A stretch of 64,000 nt of DNA from an uncultured Candidatus Saccharibacteria bacterium (GCA_964487135.1 CAZAOU010000002.1:934-64933); one strand, 5' to 3'. Shown: positions 19,250-29,372, counted from the first letter of the stretch. The notes: generated by a model not told the origin, from the sequence alone. A program made the numbers and translations.

Positions 19250-19693
19250 TTATTTTGCCTCTATAACCAACTTCACTGTTGCTTTCTTTCCTCCTGCAAC
19301 CACATGAATTTCATGCTCTCCCACTTCTTTTATTGGCTTTGGAAGCTCAATAAAATCAGGAAGTATTTCAACATGCTGAGATTTTTTAATAAACTGAGCT
19401 ACATCAGTCTGATGAACTCCAGCAAACAAATGTCCTTTGTTATTAGCAGGAAGAGAAATTTCAACTGCCTTTCCATCTATTTCATGAAGAGTCTTTGACA
19501 AGAGATCCTCCTGAACTTTTTTCTCAGCTTCTGCCGCTGCCTTTAGAGTATCTAATTCTTTAAGCGCAGAAGGAGTAGCGGCCTTAGCGTCTCCCTTTGG
19601 AATTAAAAAATTCAGAGCGTGTCCGTCAGCAATATCTTTAACCTCAAACTTCTTTCCAACCTTTGCAATATCTTTAAGTAATATAACCTTCAT
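19250..19693 (-). CDS. rplI: 50S ribosomal protein L9
   Basis: 'MKVILLKDIAKVGKKFEVKDIADGHALNFLIPKG' canonical L9 N-domain; start set at internal Met 19693. Confidence 0.85.
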   Translation of the reverse strand: MKVILLKDIAKVGKKFEVKDIADGHALNFLIPKGDAKAATPSALKELDTLKAAAEAEKKVQEDLLSKTLHEIDGKAVEISLPANNKGHLFAGVHQTDVAQFIKKSQHVEILPDFIELPKPIKEVGEHEIHVVAGGKKATVKLVIEAK

Positions 19694-19759
19694 ATGTTTT
19701 TTTGAATTCAAATAATAAGATGAATAGAGTATAGCCAAAACCAGATGTTTGTCTACCAA

Positions 19760-21025
19760 CTAGAAGCCCTTTATAAGATCTATCGCTTTTTGCTTTTGAG
19801 GATCACGACCTGCTTTGTAATCTTCTTCTTTCATTTCAACAACAAAATCCGGTTTTAATCCCCCTTCAGCCAAAGACTTACCTTTAGGAGTTAACCACTT
19901 CGCAACGGTAATTTTAAGAGATGTATTGTTAGTTATCGGCACAACTTCTTGAACAGAACCCTTTCCAAAAGACTGCTCACCAACTAGAGTGGCAATTCCA
20001 TATTCACTAAGTGCTCCTGCAAATATTTCTGAAGCAGAAGCACTGCCTTTATTTATTAGGACCACAATTCTAAAATTTGGGTTAAACAAATCATATCCCT
20101 TACTCCTGTAAATTATAGCGTCTCGCTTAGTTCCAAAGTCTTCTGTCACAATTATTTTTCCTTGAGACACAAACCAACTAGTCATATCAACCGCTGCATC
20201 AAGATATCCTCCAGGATTATCTCTTAAGTCAATAATCATCTTTGTATATCCACCGGTTATAAATTCTCTCAGAGCAACTCTAAACTCGTTAGCAACATTT
20301 GAGCTAAATGTATTGATCTTGATTATAAGAGTAGTGCTATCAACTCGCTCTGTTTCTACAGCTGGAACAACAATTAAATCTCTTATGAGTGCTTTTTCTA
20401 ATTTACTTCCATCTCTTTCAAAAGTAATTTTCACTTGTGTCCCCTTTTTTCCTCTTATGAGCTTTACCGCTTCTTCAACAGAAATTCCAGCAGTGTCCTT
20501 TCCGTCAATTAATACTATTTTATCCCCCGCTAACACCCCGGCTTTTGAAGCAGGAGAATTTTTTACAGGAGATATAACAACCAATTGTTTTTCCTTAATT
20601 CCAACAACCATTCCAACCCCTTCCAAGCTTCCTGCTAATTCTGTTTCAAAATTAGTGTTTTCTTCTGGAGTAAAGAAAGTTGTATAGGGATCACCCAAAG
20701 AAGCAACCATACCTTTAATTGCTCCGTGTAAGCGAGCCTCGTCTGTTGTTGTGCTTGTTGTTGTACCAACAAAATTATCGTTAATTTCTGACCAAACTTT
20801 CCAAAACGGAGAAAAATCAACTTTTCCATTAGTTCCCTGAATAACTGTATTGCCCGAAGTAGAAGGATTGGTGTCCTTTACCGCTACAAAAGAAGCAATT
20901 TTTGCATAACTAAAAACGCCAGCAAAAAAAGAAAACGAAAGTATAAAGACCGTAAGAGACGCAATTCCAACTTTTTTAGACCAACTTTTAAAATCAAAAT
21001 TATTGTGATTTAAATTCATTATCAT
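19760..21025 (-). CDS. ctpA: carboxyl-terminal processing protease (S41, PDZ-containing)
   Basis: Signal/TM, PDZ 'GDKIVLIDGKDTAGISVEEAVKLIRGKKGTQV', catalytic 'LINKGSASASEIFAGAL...GKGSVQ'. Confidence 0.85.
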   Translation of the reverse strand: MIMNLNHNNFDFKSWSKKVGIASLTVFILSFSFFAGVFSYAKIASFVAVKDTNPSTSGNTVIQGTNGKVDFSPFWKVWSEINDNFVGTTTSTTTDEARLHGAIKGMVASLGDPYTTFFTPEENTNFETELAGSLEGVGMVVGIKEKQLVVISPVKNSPASKAGVLAGDKIVLIDGKDTAGISVEEAVKLIRGKKGTQVKITFERDGSKLEKALIRDLIVVPAVETERVDSTTLIIKINTFSSNVANEFRVALREFITGGYTKMIIDLRDNPGGYLDAAVDMTSWFVSQGKIIVTEDFGTKRDAIIYRSKGYDLFNPNFRIVVLINKGSASASEIFAGALSEYGIATLVGEQSFGKGSVQEVVPITNNTSLKITVAKWLTPKGKSLAEGGLKPDFVVEMKEEDYKAGRDPQKQKAIDLIKGF

Positions 21026-21109
21026 TGCAAGATTATCTCAAAATTATAACAAAATGTACACAAGTGCTTCTGTTTTGGTCATAAACATTGTGTTTGATAT
21101 AATCTTTCT

Positions 21110-22027
21110 ATGCTTAGAACACACCAACACAAAGACGTTACATGGCTCGATTTAGAAAATCCTCAGCCGGAAGAAATTAATCAAATAATGCACTCTTACA
21201 GTATTCCAAACGAGGCCGCTGAAGACCTTCTATCTCCGACCCCAAAACAAAGAGTGGTTAAATATGATAACTGTGTTTATATTGTCATGCATTTTCCCGC
21301 TCTCAGTCATCCAATAGCAAAAAACCACCAAAGACAAGAAATTGACTTTATTATTGGTAAAAAATTTCTTATCACTGTTCATTACGACAAAATAAAATCT
21401 ATAGATAATTTTGGAGAGTCTTTTATTACCGAAATTCAATCTGGATTAGAAGATACCGAACACAACGCCGGACACATATTCCATAAACTAATGAGAAAAC
21501 TCTATCACAACATTCTTCAAGATGTTGAAATGACCAGAGACAGTCTTCATAGAGTTGAAAATGCAATATTCAAAGGTGAAGAAAAAAGAATGGTTATTGA
21601 AATATCTAAAATTCACAGAGACATATTAAGATTTAAATCGGCAACAGGCCCCCACAAAGAAGCCATAACCACCCTTTACCAAGTTTTTAGAGAGTTTCTC
21701 GGCAATGAATACGAATATTTTATTCATGATATGTCTAGTGAGTATCAGAGAGTTGAAAGACGCATGCAGGCAAACAAAGATCTTTTAGACGAGCTACGAC
21801 TTACAAATGATTCTCTCTTAGAATCAAAACAAAATGAGGCAATTAAAAGTCTTACAATGATGGCATTCATGACATTTCCTCTTACACTGATTGCAACGCT
21901 TTTCACAATGAGAACAGACTACATGCCCATAATCGGTATGCAAAATGATTTTTGGATAATTATTGGAATTATGTTTGCAGTCGTAATTTCCTGTATTTCT
22001 TTTTTCAGTTATAAAAAATGGCTGTAA
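21110..22027 (+). CDS. CorA-family divalent cation transporter homolog with non-canonical signature
   Basis: CorA-like N-terminal domain plus two C-terminal TMs. The position of the GMN motif reads 'LFTMRTDYMP', i.e. TMR instead of GMN. Confidence 0.65.
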   Translation: MLRTHQHKDVTWLDLENPQPEEINQIMHSYSIPNEAAEDLLSPTPKQRVVKYDNCVYIVMHFPALSHPIAKNHQRQEIDFIIGKKFLITVHYDKIKSIDNFGESFITEIQSGLEDTEHNAGHIFHKLMRKLYHNILQDVEMTRDSLHRVENAIFKGEEKRMVIEISKIHRDILRFKSATGPHKEAITTLYQVFREFLGNEYEYFIHDMSSEYQRVERRMQANKDLLDELRLTNDSLLESKQNEAIKSLTMMAFMTFPLTLIATLFTMRTDYMPIIGMQNDFWIIIGIMFAVVISCISFFSYKKWL

Positions 22028-22109
22028 AAAAGCAACACGCAGTAAGCAATAAGAATCAAGAAAATAATAGTTTAAAACCCTTAATGCTTGACACATAATA
22101 CTTAATGCC

Positions 22110-23483
22110 ATGAACATCTTTCTCCAAAACACACTTACAAAAAATAAAGAACTGTTTAAACCTCTAAAAGAAAGCGAGATTTCGATGTATTCTTGTGGCC
22201 CAACGGTTTATAACTATCTTCATATAGGAAATTTACGCGCATATGTTTTTGCAGATATTTTGAAGCGCGTCTTGCAATACAACGGATACAAAGTAAATCA
22301 TGTGATGAATATTACAGACATCGGCCACTTAACCAGTGACGCTGACGATGGTGAAGACAAAATGGTAAAAGGATTGAAGCGCGAGGGCTTAGATATGTCA
22401 CTTGAATCTCTTAAGAAACTCGCTACAAAATACGCTGATGCTTTCAAAAAAGATTTTGAAGAAATAAATATTATTCCGGCAGATAAATTAGTTTTTGCGA
22501 GTGATGAAATTCCTGAGCAAATTAAACTAATTGAGGAATTAACCGATAAAGGATTTGTTTATAAAACATCTGACGGAATTTATTTTGACACAGAAAAACT
22601 TCCAACTTACGGAAGACTTGGAGGTTCTGCATCTACTGAACATTCTCGTATAGGGGTAAACAACGAAAAGAAAAATCCTAAAGATTTTGCAGTTTGGAAA
22701 TTCGCAGATAAAGACGGAATTGGTTTTGAAGCACCTTTTGGAAAAGGATTTCCCGGTTGGCACATAGAATGTTCTGCGATGAGTATGAAATATTTAGGCG
22801 AGCAATTTGATATTCACACCGGAGGAATTGATCACATACAAGTTCATCATAATAATGAAATTGCTCAGAGTGAGGCTCTCACCGGAAAAATTCTTGCAAA
22901 TTACTGGATGCACAATAATCACCTAACTATAGGTGAAGACAAAATGGCGAAAAGCGGAGAAAACTTTTTGACTCTTTCTGTATTAAAAGAAAAAGGAATT
23001 TCTCCCCTCGCCTACCGATATTGGCTCTTGCAATCGAGATATTCGACAAGAATGAATTTTTCTTGGGAAGCACTTGAAGGAGCACAAACTGGACTCGAAA
23101 GACTTAAAAACACATTATCCAAAATACCTGATGGAGGAATAATTGATATTGCTTATAAAGATAGATTTATTGAAGCTATTAATGATGACCTTGATACTCC
23201 AAGAGCTTTAGTAATTATAAGAACACTTTTAGAATTTCCAATTCGCGATGAAGACAAAAAAGCAACTATCCTAGATTTTGATAGAGTTCTTGGACTTGGA
23301 CTTGCTGATATTAAAAAAGAAGAGTTTGAAACACCTTCCGAAATTCAAAAACTTTTAGATGAACGAAAAACTGCAAAAGAAAATAAAGATTTTCAAAAAG
23401 CCGACGAAATCCGAGAAAAAATAAAATCTCTTGGTTTTGAGGTTCTAGACACCTCAGAAGGACAACAAATCAAAAAGCTGTGA
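22110..23483 (+). CDS. cysS: cysteinyl-tRNA synthetase
   Basis: 'MYSCGPTVYNYLHIGNLRAYV' HIGH motif, Zn ligand 'WHIECS', 'KMAKSGEN' (KMSKS). Confidence 0.9.
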   Translation: MNIFLQNTLTKNKELFKPLKESEISMYSCGPTVYNYLHIGNLRAYVFADILKRVLQYNGYKVNHVMNITDIGHLTSDADDGEDKMVKGLKREGLDMSLESLKKLATKYADAFKKDFEEINIIPADKLVFASDEIPEQIKLIEELTDKGFVYKTSDGIYFDTEKLPTYGRLGGSASTEHSRIGVNNEKKNPKDFAVWKFADKDGIGFEAPFGKGFPGWHIECSAMSMKYLGEQFDIHTGGIDHIQVHHNNEIAQSEALTGKILANYWMHNNHLTIGEDKMAKSGENFLTLSVLKEKGISPLAYRYWLLQSRYSTRMNFSWEALEGAQTGLERLKNTLSKIPDGGIIDIAYKDRFIEAINDDLDTPRALVIIRTLLEFPIRDEDKKATILDFDRVLGLGLADIKKEEFETPSEIQKLLDERKTAKENKDFQKADEIREKIKSLGFEVLDTSEGQQIKKL

Positions 23484-23525
23484 ATTTGACAATTCCGTTT
23501 TTTAATTGTAATTTAAGCGCGACTT

Positions 23526-23858
23526 ATGAAACAAGTGGCTCTTTTTTTGCTGGCAATACTGGCCGTATTCCTAATAACCGCGACTATTTTTCCCGACCAA
23601 ACAAAATTGATGTGGAGACTAGCCATAGCTATTTTATTTTTTTGGGCGATGATAGTGCCTTCTCCGCCGACAAAATCGGCAATGAGTATCGCGAAAATCA
23701 GGACAGTAACATGTGTGGCGGTTGTCTTTCTTGTGTGGAAAATTTCTCCTCTATCACAAGAACTATTTCATAACGCTTTCCCGTTTTTTTTCATTGGGGG
23801 AGGTTGTGGAACAATATACAGTTTTTTATTATTCCTTCTAACCAAAGAAAGGAAATAA
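23526..23858 (+). CDS. hypothetical small membrane protein
   Basis: 110-aa ORF with 3-4 hydrophobic helices; competing overlapping ORF 23480..23773 is not protein-like. Confidence 0.3.
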   Translation: MKQVALFLLAILAVFLITATIFPDQTKLMWRLAIAILFFWAMIVPSPPTKSAMSIAKIRTVTCVAVVFLVWKISPLSQELFHNAFPFFFIGGGCGTIYSFLLFLLTKERK

Positions 23859-23900
23859 AAAAAACACCAGCACAGGATCGGAAATAGAGCCGATCATTTT

Positions 23901-24590
23901 TTATTTAATACTCAAAAAAGTTTCGGCAACTGCCAAATCTTCTGGAGCTGTAATTTGAAGCCAAAAACGAGATTGAACAGCTTTTATATTTATATTTTTT
24001 TTTGCAGACAAAATTGTTTGGGGTAAACCAAACTCCCCGCCCGGAATTGAAACTTGTGCATAATCAAAAATTTTTGAACTTAAACAATACATTCCAGCAC
24101 AAACAAAACCCTTTTCTTCGTTTGGATATTTTTCGACAATATCTGTAATATGTCCCGATTCATCAAAAATCACTTTTGCTCTTCCCTTTATTGAATCAAC
24201 CTCTCTTATTGCAATAGCCCAGCCGTTTTTAAGACACTCGTCCATATCCTCTTTGCAATAAATATCATCACCCATTAATACCAAAAACTTTTCTTCATTT
24301 TTTAACAATTCTTTACACAAAAAAAGTGCCCCAGCTGTGCCGTTTAATTCTTCTTGAACAACATAAGTTATTTTTTTGCCTTTGTATGAATCTCCCAAAT
24401 AATCAGTAATTGCATTTTTTAAATGTCCAACAACAATAACAACTTCCGTTATTGATTCTGGAAGCATATCTAGTTTGTGCTCTAAAAGAGTTTTGCCGAG
24501 CACCTTAAGCATTGGTTTTGGAGTTTCTAAACTCAAATTTCCCATTCTAGTTCCCTTTCCCGCCGCTAATATTACGCATTTCATAAACAA
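23901..24590 (-). CDS. sugar-phosphate nucleotidyltransferase (NTP_transferase family)
   Basis: 'MKCVILAAGKGTRMG...TPKPMLKV' G-x-G-T-R motif; 229 aa. Confidence 0.7.
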   Translation of the reverse strand: MFMKCVILAAGKGTRMGNLSLETPKPMLKVLGKTLLEHKLDMLPESITEVVIVVGHLKNAITDYLGDSYKGKKITYVVQEELNGTAGALFLCKELLKNEEKFLVLMGDDIYCKEDMDECLKNGWAIAIREVDSIKGRAKVIFDESGHITDIVEKYPNEEKGFVCAGMYCLSSKIFDYAQVSIPGGEFGLPQTILSAKKNINIKAVQSRFWLQITAPEDLAVAETFLSIK

Positions 24591-24641
24591 AGATTATAAG
24601 TCTAGCGGATTAAAATAGTTATTGACTAATAGTTTTTTTAA

Positions 24642-24995
24642 TTGTATTTTAAAAACATGAAAGCAATCCTGTTTATTCTGCTCGCCATCGTCGTTCTTTT
24701 CACAGCCAACCAAGCCTTGGCGCAAAAACCCGACTTCTCCGAACTAGAGAAGAAAATCGAGAAATATGAGCCGCTTCCGGATGGAAGCGGCTACCAGATC
24801 ACCCTCAAACCTGAATACGAGGATGAGCTGAAGAAAAATCCCATACCCATCATCTCGATGCTCTTCGTTTGGGTCGTGGAAACAAAGCTCAAAGGGCTTC
24901 ATGGCGAATGCCTCGCCAACGCGAAAGGCCGAGTGGTGACCTTCAAAATCAATCTCAAAGAGACACCACCCCCTCGTCCCCCGCAAAGAGCATAG
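24642..24995 (+). CDS. hypothetical secreted protein with Pro-rich C-terminus; GC-rich gene
   Basis: Signal peptide 'MKAILFILLAIVVLFTANQALA'; ~50% GC; ends 'TPPPRPPQRA'. Confidence 0.4.
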   Translation: MYFKNMKAILFILLAIVVLFTANQALAQKPDFSELEKKIEKYEPLPDGSGYQITLKPEYEDELKKNPIPIISMLFVWVVETKLKGLHGECLANAKGRVVTFKINLKETPPPRPPQRA

Positions 24996-25043
24996 CTTCT
25001 GGCGGGGTACAATTTTATACTTATTTTTAGTGTCTTTCACTTT

Positions 25044-25080
25044 CCACTTCACACTATCCACTGTTCACTATTTCTTATCC
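25044..25080 (+). promoter_or_regulatory. DnaA-box-like motif cluster upstream of dnaB
   Basis: Contains CTATCCACT, GTTCACTAT, CTTATCCCC and TTTATCCAG, ~70-100 bp upstream of the dnaB ATG. Confidence 0.3.
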
Positions 25081-25148
25081 CCATTTTATCCAGCTTATTT
25101 CCCCTTTTGTAAATTCCCTTCTCTCTTTGCCTGCTATACAATTAGCAC

Positions 25149-26537
25149 ATGTCTTCAAAGCCCATAAAAAAAGAAAGTTTGATGGTTCCTCCTCAACACC
25201 TAGAAAGTGAAATGGCTCTTTTAGGATCAATAATGCTCAAACCAGATGCAATGTATGATATTGCAGATATTGTTTCTCCCGATTCTTTTTATGCAGAAAA
25301 ACACAAAATTATTTTTTCTGCAATGCAAGAACTTTTAGCAAAAAACGAACCTATTGATCTTCTTTCTCTTTCAACAAAATTAGAATCGAAAGGATCACTT
25401 GAAGCAATTGGTGGAAGAAGTTATCTAGCAGAACTTATTCAAAGTGTTCCATCTGCTTCAAACATCACATATTATGCAGATTTAATAAAACAGAAATCAC
25501 TTTTAAGAAGACTTATTGAAGCTGCACAAAAAATTACAGAATTGGGTTTTGCAGAAAATGGCGAAATAGAAGAAATTTTAGACAAAGCCGATAAACATGT
25601 TTTTGCTGTATCTCAATCAACAAGCTCTAGAAAATTTACAGAACTTAAAGATACACTTGGAGAAGCGTGGAACCGTCTTGAAACTCTTCATCAATCAGGT
25701 GGACAGCTTAGAGGAATTCCAACTGGTTTTAGAGATTTAGACAATATGCTTTCTGGTTTCCAAAAATCAGATCTTATTATTCTTGCAGCACGACCTTCCA
25801 TGGGAAAAACTGCTCTAGCTCTTGATATTGCTCGCCAAGCAGCGGTAAATCACAATGTGTCTGTTGGAATTTTTTCTTTGGAAATGAGCTCGGGACAGCT
25901 TGTAGACAGAATGCTTGCCGCAGATTCAAAAGTAAACTCTTGGAAGCTTCGAACCGGAAAACTATCGGTTGATAAAGATTTTGATTTAATTAGAAATTCT
26001 TTGGATAGACTTTCAAAAGCTCCTATTTATATAGATGACGAACCGGGAAGTAATTCACTAAAAATGCGCTCAATCGCAAGGCGTTTGAAACGAGAAAAAG
26101 GATTAGGAATGATTGTTGTAGATTACCTACAACTAATGAGTCCAGTGCAGAGCAAAAATTCAGACAACGTTGTTCAACAAGTTACAGAAATTTCCAGATC
26201 TTTAAAACACTTGGCAAGAGAGCTTGAAGTGCCTGTTTTAGCTCTTTCACAGCTCAATCGTTCTGTAGAAACGCGGGGAGGTACTGGCCGACCAAAACTT
26301 TCAGACCTTAGAGATTCAGGATCTATTGAACAAGATGCTGATGTGGTGATGTTTATTCATCGTGAAGATAAATATAAAGATGATTCCGACAGAAAAAATG
26401 TTGCACAAATTCATGTTGATAAACACCGAAATGGGCCTGTAGGAAGTGTTGAACTATTCTTTGATGAAGAAAGAACAACTTTCCTTAATCTTGAAAGATC
26501 AAACATTTCTGACTTTACTAATGATGATGTTTTTTGA
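25149..26537 (+). CDS. dnaB: replicative DNA helicase
   Basis: DnaB N-domain, Walker A 'ARPSMGKTALAL', Walker B 'IVVDYLQLM', 'SQLNRSVE'. Confidence 0.9.
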   Translation: MSSKPIKKESLMVPPQHLESEMALLGSIMLKPDAMYDIADIVSPDSFYAEKHKIIFSAMQELLAKNEPIDLLSLSTKLESKGSLEAIGGRSYLAELIQSVPSASNITYYADLIKQKSLLRRLIEAAQKITELGFAENGEIEEILDKADKHVFAVSQSTSSRKFTELKDTLGEAWNRLETLHQSGGQLRGIPTGFRDLDNMLSGFQKSDLIILAARPSMGKTALALDIARQAAVNHNVSVGIFSLEMSSGQLVDRMLAADSKVNSWKLRTGKLSVDKDFDLIRNSLDRLSKAPIYIDDEPGSNSLKMRSIARRLKREKGLGMIVVDYLQLMSPVQSKNSDNVVQQVTEISRSLKHLARELEVPVLALSQLNRSVETRGGTGRPKLSDLRDSGSIEQDADVVMFIHREDKYKDDSDRKNVAQIHVDKHRNGPVGSVELFFDEERTTFLNLERSNISDFTNDDVF

Positions 26538-26543
26538 TAAAAA

Positions 26544-27140
26544 ATGGATAGTTTTGAAAAATTAGTAAAATTATTTGAAGAATTTCCCGGAATAGGTGGA
26601 AGACAAGCTAGACGCTTTGCATATTTTTTACTTTCTAAACAATCTAGTTTTATAGAAGAGCTAACATCTCTAGCAAAAGAAATTAAAAGAGATACTGCTC
26701 AATGCCCTCTTTGTATGAGATTTAGTTCTAAAAAAAACGATTCTACATGCAGTATCTGTATAGATGAAAATCGAGACAAAAACACTTTAATGATTATAAG
26801 CAAAGATACCGATCTTCGTTCAATTGAAGAAAGTGGTGTTTATAACGGACTTTATTTTGTTTTGGGTGGATTACTACCAATCTTAGAGAAAGATCCTAAT
26901 AAAAAAATAAGGATTGATGCATTAAGAAAACGGATAGAAAAAAACAACCTAAAAGAAATAATTCTAGCTTTTAATGCAACTTCAGAAGGAGAAAACACAA
27001 TATTGTTTTTAAAAGAAAATCTAAAACCTTTTGGTATAAAAATATCTGAATTGGGTAGAGGTATCTCAACAGGAACCGAAATAGAATACATAGACGCCGA
27101 AACACTAAAAGGCGCCCTCCAGAACAAGCACCCTGCGTAA
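26544..27140 (+). CDS. recR: recombination protein RecR
   Basis: HhH 'FPGIGGRQARRFAYFLL', C4 zinc finger 'CPLCMRF...CSIC', Toprim. Confidence 0.85.
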   Translation: MDSFEKLVKLFEEFPGIGGRQARRFAYFLLSKQSSFIEELTSLAKEIKRDTAQCPLCMRFSSKKNDSTCSICIDENRDKNTLMIISKDTDLRSIEESGVYNGLYFVLGGLLPILEKDPNKKIRIDALRKRIEKNNLKEIILAFNATSEGENTILFLKENLKPFGIKISELGRGISTGTEIEYIDAETLKGALQNKHPA

Positions 27141-27145
27141 ATAAA

Positions 27146-27188
27146 AAGACGAGGTTTAGTCCGCTTAAGCGGACTAAACCTCGTCAGG
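27146..27188. terminator. bidirectional intrinsic terminator
   Basis: 'gacgaggtttagtccgcttaagcggactaaacctcgtc' 17-bp perfect stem between convergent recR and rplU. Confidence 0.7.
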
Positions 27189-27196
27189 AAAAAATA

Positions 27197-27550
27197 TTAT
27201 TTTAAGGCAGTAACCTTAACCGCAAAGAAAGGCTGTCTGTGACCATTTCTTTTTAGGTATCGGCTCTTTGCTTTGTATTTTACAACCTCTACCTTCTTTG
27301 CTCTTCCAATTTCAACAATTTCTGCAATAACTTTTGCTCCGGAAATAAAAGGCGTTCCGATTGTCACATTAGATCCATCATCAACAAGAAGAACCTCAGA
27401 AAATTCAACTTTATCACCTTCTTTGTGATCTCCTTTGATTTTTTCAATTTTTACTGTCTCGCCAACAGACACGCGGTATTGCTTACCACCAGTCTGTATA
27501 ATGGCAAATTCGTCTTTATTAGATTTTGCTGTCTTTTTAGGCATGGGCAC
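27197..27550 (-). CDS. rplU: 50S ribosomal protein L21 with N-terminal extension
   Basis: 'FAIIQTGGKQYRVSVGETV' canonical L21. Confidence 0.85.
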   Translation of the reverse strand: MPMPKKTAKSNKDEFAIIQTGGKQYRVSVGETVKIEKIKGDHKEGDKVEFSEVLLVDDGSNVTIGTPFISGAKVIAEIVEIGRAKKVEVVKYKAKSRYLKRNGHRQPFFAVKVTALK

Positions 27551-27612
27551 AATTCTACCCCCTTTTTAGGTAAAAATCAAGTCCAAATAACAGATAGGAA
27601 TAAAGCGGAAAT

Positions 27613-28275
27613 CTATACAATGGCCATTTCCCTCACTCGTATGGCAGCCGGCTTATTAAAATCCGCCTCAAGCTCTTCCGCTGCTTCTTCAACAATAGTA
27701 TTAAATTCGTCCTTTGAAATTCCAAAAATACTTTTAAAATGAAGCAAATCTTCATTAATCTTCTTTTCACCCATCTCACTTAAAGACAATCTTAATGCCA
27801 ATAGAGCATCTTCCTTCCATGAAGAAAAATCGTAATTAGGATAGACCAAATCAGCAAATTTCAATATCTCAACAAAATCATACGATTTCATTATCTTACC
27901 AAACTCTTTCTCAAATTCTTCTTTTAGAGACTCATCAGAGTTAGTGGAATTTAAAAAATCAGAAATATTTGATGAAATATTTTTAATATCAAATATTTCT
28001 CTAATTTTAGACGCTTCTCTAAACTTTTTAAATTTAAATTGTTGAAGTATCACCATTTCTGCAAGCTGTCTCGTTTCCGGATCACTAACAATTTTTTCTT
28101 TTAGATCTTTAGGGATTATTAACGATGGAATATATTCACCAGTATCGTTAGTTGCTTTATCTAAAGACGCGGGTTCTGATAGATAGTTTAAAAGTCGCTC
28201 TCTTATTGATTTTATACCACTCTCCACAATATCCTCGTGACTAACATTTACATCTTCAGGGACTTCGTATGGCAT
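27613..28275 (-). CDS. hypothetical highly charged soluble protein, downstream of rmuC in the same orientation
   Basis: 220-aa ORF, no recognisable family; 9-bp gap to rmuC. Confidence 0.45.
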   Translation of the reverse strand: MPYEVPEDVNVSHEDIVESGIKSIRERLLNYLSEPASLDKATNDTGEYIPSLIIPKDLKEKIVSDPETRQLAEMVILQQFKFKKFREASKIREIFDIKNISSNISDFLNSTNSDESLKEEFEKEFGKIMKSYDFVEILKFADLVYPNYDFSSWKEDALLALRLSLSEMGEKKINEDLLHFKSIFGISKDEFNTIVEEAAEELEADFNKPAAIRVREMAIV

Positions 28276-28283
28276 ATTTATAC

Positions 28284-29336
28284 TTAATCTTCCAAAGAAG
28301 GTTTTTCTAAAACATCAACTTCAATCCCTGGACTATTTCCCGCAATCCTCAAGATATCTTTATCAATCTTCTTTAGTTCTTTTCCTGAAGCGTTGTAATG
28401 GTTAACCACTACAGACATAGCATTGCCAAGTTTTAAATGATAATCTTCGTAACTTTTTAGATGTTTACCCAAATCATCTACGCGTTTAATAATATCTTTT
28501 GCAGTCTCTTCAATTTGAAGTTGTTTTAGACCCTGAAGAACTGTTTGCAGATAAGCCAAAAACGACGTTGGAGAAACAATAATCACCTTATACTTCCCTG
28601 CAGCACGCTGAATTAAGCTTTCTGAGTCTTCTTTTAGAGCTCCTATTTTATTTATAAGTAAATCATAATAAATTGCCTCATGTGGTATAAACATAAAAGC
28701 AAAATCCGTTGTTCCGTTTTCTGGCTGAATATATTTTGAAGTTTCTACAATCCTGTTTTTGAGATCATTTACAAAAATCTTCTCTAATTTTTCTTTTTCA
28801 ATCTCATTTCTTTCATCAACAATACGATTATAATTTTCCAGAGAAAATTTTGAATCAACTGGAATAATTTTATCTTTTACAAAAACAGCCGCATCAACAA
28901 TGGTGCCGTCCGAAAAAGGATACTGCATCTGGAAACTTCCGGGAGGTAAAACATTTTTAAGAAGTGTTTCTAAATAATATTCTCCCAAAATTCCCCTTTG
29001 TTTTGGATTTTTTAAAACATCTTGCAAACTTTGAAGTTGGTCAGCAAAAGAGACTACTTGCCTATTTGTTTCATCAAGTTTGGTAAGACCCTCCGTTACA
29101 TCTTTGATGAGGCGTGCAGATTCACCGAATTGAGTTTTGACTGCGTCATGAATAAACCTATGTGACTCCCCTATTTTGTTATCTACAGTTCGTGAAAGAT
29201 TGTTTAGTTGATCCAAAATAAGTCTAAGACCTGTTCCATCTTCTTCTTTTGGTTTCTTTTTTAAAACAAAAAATAAGACAGCTATGTTAGCTGCGAAAAG
29301 TATTATAATTATTGCTATAAATCCCGTATTAGACAT
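28284..29336 (-). CDS. rmuC: DNA recombination protein RmuC family
   Basis: N-terminal TM, coiled coil, 'QRGILGEYYLETLL', 'PVDSKFSLENY', 'FAFMFIPHEAIY' matching RmuC conserved blocks. Confidence 0.75.
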   Translation of the reverse strand: MSNTGFIAIIIILFAANIAVLFFVLKKKPKEEDGTGLRLILDQLNNLSRTVDNKIGESHRFIHDAVKTQFGESARLIKDVTEGLTKLDETNRQVVSFADQLQSLQDVLKNPKQRGILGEYYLETLLKNVLPPGSFQMQYPFSDGTIVDAAVFVKDKIIPVDSKFSLENYNRIVDERNEIEKEKLEKIFVNDLKNRIVETSKYIQPENGTTDFAFMFIPHEAIYYDLLINKIGALKEDSESLIQRAAGKYKVIIVSPTSFLAYLQTVLQGLKQLQIEETAKDIIKRVDDLGKHLKSYEDYHLKLGNAMSVVVNHYNASGKELKKIDKDILRIAGNSPGIEVDVLEKPSLED

Positions 29337-29372
29337 GCCACTTAATTATAACAAAATATTGAGGTATTATAT

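Noticed and set aside
19238-19498. 86-aa ORF on + strand
   Set aside because: Fully antisense to the well-supported rplI gene; low-complexity hydrophobic translation.
23480-23773. 97-aa ORF overlapping the 23526..23858 membrane ORF
   Set aside because: Translation lacks protein-like features. The alternative frame gives coherent TM helices. No evidence for a frameshifted single gene.
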